In this document: piece by piece, positions 60,357 to 64,000 of the stretch
How positions within the stretch are numbered: position 1 is the stretch's first letter
Layout of the letters: each line of letters begins with the position of its first letter
Source of the DNA: Gemmatimonadota bacterium
GTDB taxonomy: Bacteria > Gemmatimonadota > Gemmatimonadetes > Palauibacterales > Palauibacteraceae
DNA: 64,000 nt
NCBI GenBank assembly: GCA_965116475.1
Contig: OZ220691.1
Span: 1,856,001-1,920,000 of the forward strand
Direction of reading: 5' to 3'
The notes under the pieces: model-generated
Told to the model about the DNA's origin: nothing
What the model saw: the letters and a program-made list of their open reading frames with translations, nothing else
The model's database searches: none
Made by a program: the position numbers and the translations under genes

Positions 60357-60992
60357 GTGACGACGCCGGCGCACGCCGCGCTCAGCCTGATCGTGCTGGG
60401 CCGGTCCGAGCGCAACGCGCTGCCGGTCGCGCTCGGGGCCGTCGCCCCGGACCTCCCGATGCTCGTCTTCTACTTCTGGGAGCGGCTCGTGCGCGGCGTG
60501 TCGGAGGGCCGGATCTGGTCGGAGCGCTACTTCGACCCCGGCTGGCAGGTCGTGTTCGACATCCCGAGTTCCATCCCCCTTCTCGTACTCACCCTGTGCC
60601 TCCTCCTCGTGCTCGTCGGCCGGCGCCCGCCCGCCGGGAGCATCCCGTCGGCCGGAGCGGCCGCCGCGCCACGACCGGCGAGGCTCACTGCGTCGGCCCT
60701 GTTCGTCGCGAGCATGATCCTCCACGCGCTGGGCGACCTGCCGCTGCACCGGGAGGACGCGCACCGCCACTTCTTCCCCTTCAGCGACTGGCGCTTCACC
60801 AGCCCGGTGTCGTACTGGGACCCGGACCACTACGGAGGATACGCGGCCATCGGCGAAGTGCTCCTCGTGCTGGCGGTCTCCTTCTTCCTCTTCCGGGCCT
60901 ACCGCGGCCGGGGCCGCTGGATCGTCGCCGGGGTGGCCGGCATCTACGCGCTCTTCGTCGGCTTCGCCGTACTGGTGTGGTCCGGGTTGTGA
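60357..60992 (+). CDS. Membrane-bound putative metal-dependent hydrolase (YdjM-like)
   Basis: T.AH at the N-terminus, APD, H...D...H..DAH.HF.P, SYWDP; TM helices. Confidence 0.6.
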   Translation: MTTPAHAALSLIVLGRSERNALPVALGAVAPDLPMLVFYFWERLVRGVSEGRIWSERYFDPGWQVVFDIPSSIPLLVLTLCLLLVLVGRRPPAGSIPSAGAAAAPRPARLTASALFVASMILHALGDLPLHREDAHRHFFPFSDWRFTSPVSYWDPDHYGGYAAIGEVLLVLAVSFFLFRAYRGRGRWIVAGVAGIYALFVGFAVLVWSGL

Positions 60993-62221
60993 CGGCCGAT
61001 CGGTTTCCGCTCGGGGCACGGGTCCGTCTCGCGGATCTCGCGGTCGATCCCTACCCGATCTTCGCCGAGTTGCGGGAGGCGGAGCCCGTCGCCTGGGTGC
61101 CGGAGATCGAGCGCTGGTTCCTCACGCGGCGCGACGACATCCTCGCCGTGCTCCGGGACCCAGACCTGTTCACGACGGACGCGCCCTCGACGATCCGCGA
61201 CATGTTCGGCGTCCACATGATGACGACGGAGGGTCCGACCCAGATCCGCTACAAGCGGAAGTGTCTGCCCCCGTTCCACGCTTCCCGAATGGAGACGGTT
61301 TCGCTGCCGCCCCTGGTGGTGGAGGTCGAACGCCGGGTGGAGGCAATGCGGTCTGCGGCGAGGCGGGCGGCCGGCGGACGGGGCAGCCGCTGGTCGGTCG
61401 GGGAGGTGCGGACGCGGGTGGCGCGCCCGGTCGCGCTCCATTCCGTGCTGTCCGTGCTCGGCATCTCGTTAACCGAGACCGAGCGCGTGAACGAATGGTA
61501 CGAACACTTCGCCCGGGCGCTCGCGAACTTCGCTGGCGATCAGGACGTGCGCGCGGCCGGGAAGGGGGCGGCGGACGCGTTCGGCCGGGCGCTCACCCCG
61601 ATCCTCGAGGAACTCGGAAGGAACCCGGACGGCAGCCTCCTCTCCGACCTGGCGTGCGACCATGTCGACCCGCTCACGGTGGAGGAGATCCGCTCCAACG
61701 CGCTCATCATCCTCTTTGGGGGGATCGAGACGACCGAATCGATGATCGCCAACGCCGTGTGGGCGCTCCTCTCGCATCCCGAACAACTCCCGGCGGTACG
61801 TGCAAGCGAGGCTGCCCTGGATCTGGCGATCGAGGAGACGCTGCGCTGGGAACCCGCCGTGCAGTCCGCCGCCCGCCATGCCACCCGCGACACCGAAATC
61901 CGCGGCGTCCGCATCGCGCAGGGCGAGGTCGTGCACTGCATGCTGGGCGCGGCGAACCGGGACCCCGCGCACTTCGAGGATCCCGACCGCTTCGACGCGG
62001 CCCGCCGGAACGCCGGCGACCACCTGTCGTTCGCGGTGGGCCGCCACTTCTGCCTCGGCGCCCCCCTCGCCCGCCTCGAGACCCGCGTCGTGCTCGAAAC
62101 GCTATGGGCCCGCTGCCCCGGCCTCCGCCTTCACCCCGATCGCCCCGCGGCCCCCTATGGCTACGAATTCCGGAAGCCCGAGACCGTGTGGGTGAAATGG
62201 ACCGAATCGAGTTCCCGTTAG
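60989..62221 (+). CDS. Cytochrome P450
   Basis: I-helix GGIETT, ETLR (ExxR), ANRDP, heme FAVGRHFCLGA; GTG overlaps the upstream TGA. Confidence 0.92.
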   Translation: MTADRFPLGARVRLADLAVDPYPIFAELREAEPVAWVPEIERWFLTRRDDILAVLRDPDLFTTDAPSTIRDMFGVHMMTTEGPTQIRYKRKCLPPFHASRMETVSLPPLVVEVERRVEAMRSAARRAAGGRGSRWSVGEVRTRVARPVALHSVLSVLGISLTETERVNEWYEHFARALANFAGDQDVRAAGKGAADAFGRALTPILEELGRNPDGSLLSDLACDHVDPLTVEEIRSNALIILFGGIETTESMIANAVWALLSHPEQLPAVRASEAALDLAIEETLRWEPAVQSAARHATRDTEIRGVRIAQGEVVHCMLGAANRDPAHFEDPDRFDAARRNAGDHLSFAVGRHFCLGAPLARLETRVVLETLWARCPGLRLHPDRPAAPYGYEFRKPETVWVKWTESSSR

Positions 62222-62233
62222 GTCGAACGCGAA

Positions 62234-62314
62234 ACGTTCCCGCGGGAACGTCTTTCGGGGGCCTCGGAGCGCCTTGGAGCGAGCCCGGGACGTTCCCGCG
62301 GGAACGTTTTTCGG
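62234..62314. repeat. Two copies of the 18-bp perfect palindrome ACGTTCCCGCGGGAACGT (25-bp direct repeat, 1 mismatch)
   Basis: Copies at 62234-62251 and 62290-62307, each followed by [C/T]TTTCGG; located between convergent genes. Confidence 0.9.
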
Positions 62315-62326
62315 CCCTCGCGCCCG

Positions 62327-63460
62327 TCAGCAGTCGGCGCCGCAGTGGGCGGCGACGAGGCGGCTGAGGATGCCCATGTAGTCGCTCCACGGCGTCTGCG
62401 CGTCGGGCACCGTCTTGTGCGCGACGACCATGCCGACCGCTGGGATGACGGTGATGAACTGGCCGTAGGCGCCGCGGCCGCTGTACGCCCCCTCGAAGCC
62501 CTCCGGCACGGCGGGGCCGTCCCACACCCACCACATGTACCCGTAGCCGAACTCGCCGCCGCGCAGGCCCTCGGGGTTCATCTCCTCGGACGGCGTGACG
62601 ATGCCGACGATGCGTTCGGCCCACCCGTCGGGAAGAATCCGCTCGCCTTCCCACATTCCGTCCCGCAGCATCACGTATCCGATCCGGGCCATGTCCCGCG
62701 TTGAGAGGACCATGTGGTAGGCGAGGTTCCGGGAGCGCGTCGCGTCCCCCGACTTGCGGTGGATCGACCGGTCCCAGTCCTCGAACCCCAGCGGCAGGGC
62801 GAGGTCGGTTTCGAGCGCGTCGTAGATGTTGCGGCCCGTGAGTTGCTCGAAGACGGCTCCCGACGCGTTGAAGTCCCAGTTGCTGTACAGGTAGTACGTG
62901 CCGGGTTCCTGCGAACCGCGCGGCGGGGCGTCCGCGAGGTTGTCTCCCGCGTTCGAAGCCGGGTGATAGACCCCCGACCGGGCCGTGACGAGGTCGAGGA
63001 CGCGGGCGCGCTTCTCGATCGGGAGGAGGCCCTGCACGTCGTCCATGCCGAGGTCTTCGAGGGTCAGCTCGAGGTCGATCGTGCCGTCCGCCACGTAGTT
63101 CCCGTACAGCATGGCGAGGATGCTCTTCCGCACCGAAGCCAGATAGCTCAGCGAGTCGACGGGTCCGTGCTCGAACAGCACCCGCCCCCCGACCACGGCC
63201 ATCACGGCGGACGTATTGATTCCCTCCACGTAGGGGTGGATCGCGTCCAGCGCCTCGCCCGAGAACCCGGCGGCGGCCGGATCCGCAATCCGCTCCCACG
63301 ACGCGCCCGGAAAGACCGTCTCGGCCGCGCGCTCCGCAACCGGCGCCGGAGCGCACGCGAACCCCGCCGCGAGCGCCAGCACCAGCGCCGCCCGCGCCAG
63401 TACCGGCGCCGCCTGCGCGACGCGCCCTTTGACGCGATTCCCATGTCTCACGATCATCAT
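62327..63460 (-). CDS. Serine hydrolase (beta-lactamase-related, NylB-like) lipoprotein
   Basis: GFAC lipobox, ASVRKS (SxxK), YSN, GRGAYGQ. Confidence 0.85.
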   Translation of the reverse strand: MMIVRHGNRVKGRVAQAAPVLARAALVLALAAGFACAPAPVAERAAETVFPGASWERIADPAAAGFSGEALDAIHPYVEGINTSAVMAVVGGRVLFEHGPVDSLSYLASVRKSILAMLYGNYVADGTIDLELTLEDLGMDDVQGLLPIEKRARVLDLVTARSGVYHPASNAGDNLADAPPRGSQEPGTYYLYSNWDFNASGAVFEQLTGRNIYDALETDLALPLGFEDWDRSIHRKSGDATRSRNLAYHMVLSTRDMARIGYVMLRDGMWEGERILPDGWAERIVGIVTPSEEMNPEGLRGGEFGYGYMWWVWDGPAVPEGFEGAYSGRGAYGQFITVIPAVGMVVAHKTVPDAQTPWSDYMGILSRLVAAHCGADC

Positions 63461-63566
63461 GCCCCGATCCCACTCGGATCCCACTCGGAAGAACTGGAAC
63501 AGAAACAGTGAGACGCGCGCAGCACCGCCGCCAGTGGCGCATCCGAGTGAAGCGAAGGAGTCGTCG

Positions 63567-64000
63567 ATGCCCCGAGCGAAGGCCGCATGCCATGACCGTT
63601 TCCCCCTCATCGCGGCGCTGCTCGCCGTGAGCGTCCAGGCCGCCGGCTGCGCCGGGGAGGGCGCCGATCCCGCCGCCGAATCCCCGGTCGACGCCGGGAT
63701 CGCGCCCCCCGTCGCACGCGTGATCCCGGAGCAACTGGAGACGCACGGGCACACGCGGATCGACAACTACTACTGGCTGAACCAGCGCGACAACCCGGAG
63801 GTCATCGCGTACCTCGAGGCGGAGAACGGCTACACCGACGCGCTGATGGGCCACACCGAGGACCTCCAGGCGGAGTTGTTCGACGAGATCAAGGGCCGCA
63901 TCCAGCAGACCGATCTCTCCGTGCCGGTGAGGGAGGGCGACTTCTTCTACTACAGCCGCACCGAAGAGGGGCGGGACTACCGGATCTACGCCCGGAAGCG
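63567..64000 (+). CDS. ptrB: Oligopeptidase B (S9A), 5' part running off the window
   Basis: AAGGAG RBS; manual translation PPVARVIP...HGHTRIDNYYWL...EVIAYLEAENGY...EIKGRIQQTDLSVP; AAGC lipobox. Confidence 0.88.
   Translation, partial: MPRAKAACHDRFPLIAALLAVSVQAAGCAGEGADPAAESPVDAGIAPPVARVIPEQLETHGHTRIDNYYWLNQRDNPEVIAYLEAENGYTDALMGHTEDLQAELFDEIKGRIQQTDLSVPVREGDFFYYSRTEEGRDYRIYARK

Noticed and set aside
62234..62314. Mini-CRISPR (25-bp repeats, 31-bp spacer)
   Set aside because: Only two repeats, fully palindromic without a loop, and no leader or cas genes.
63466..63489. 11-bp tandem GATCCCACTCG in the divergent intergenic region
   Set aside because: Too short to separate from chance or slippage.
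1..64000. rRNA, tRNA, IS elements, prophage or integrase
   Set aside because: No recognisable signatures by eye; a covariance-model search (tRNAscan, Infernal) would be needed to exclude small RNAs.

Overview
High-GC bacterial chromosomal window with about 55 genes and no rRNA, tRNA, CRISPR array or transposase seen. The gene mix (plug-only TonB/carboxypeptidase-regulatory proteins, many exported amidohydrolases and peptidases, a bacterial sterol methyltransferase) suggests a Gemmatimonadota-like, possibly sponge-associated heterotroph; this is inference only. Four things stand out. (1) A two-gene operon at 34009-36806 looks like a highly divergent copper membrane monooxygenase-like system: a membrane protein carrying both PmoC/AmoC metal-site motifs with exact spacing, coupled to a PmoB-shaped protein with a predicted N-terminal His. 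(2) A LysW amino-group-carrier operon (lysW-lysX-lysY-[Ntn hydrolase]-lysZ-lysJ) has no lysK and has an EgtC/YafJ-like Ntn hydrolase in the middle; its 54-aa lysW is absent from the ORF track. (3) A sterol C24-methyltransferase lies tail-to-tail with a KshA/Neverland-type Rieske oxygenase. (4) An S9 peptidase homolog lacks the canonical catalytic Asp and His. The window also holds toxin-antitoxin modules (brnTA beside a bioY remnant, an orphan higA), an AAA/DUF4143 remnant with periodic palindromes, and a pair of parS-like palindromes. All family calls come from motif recognition by eye; no database search was run.
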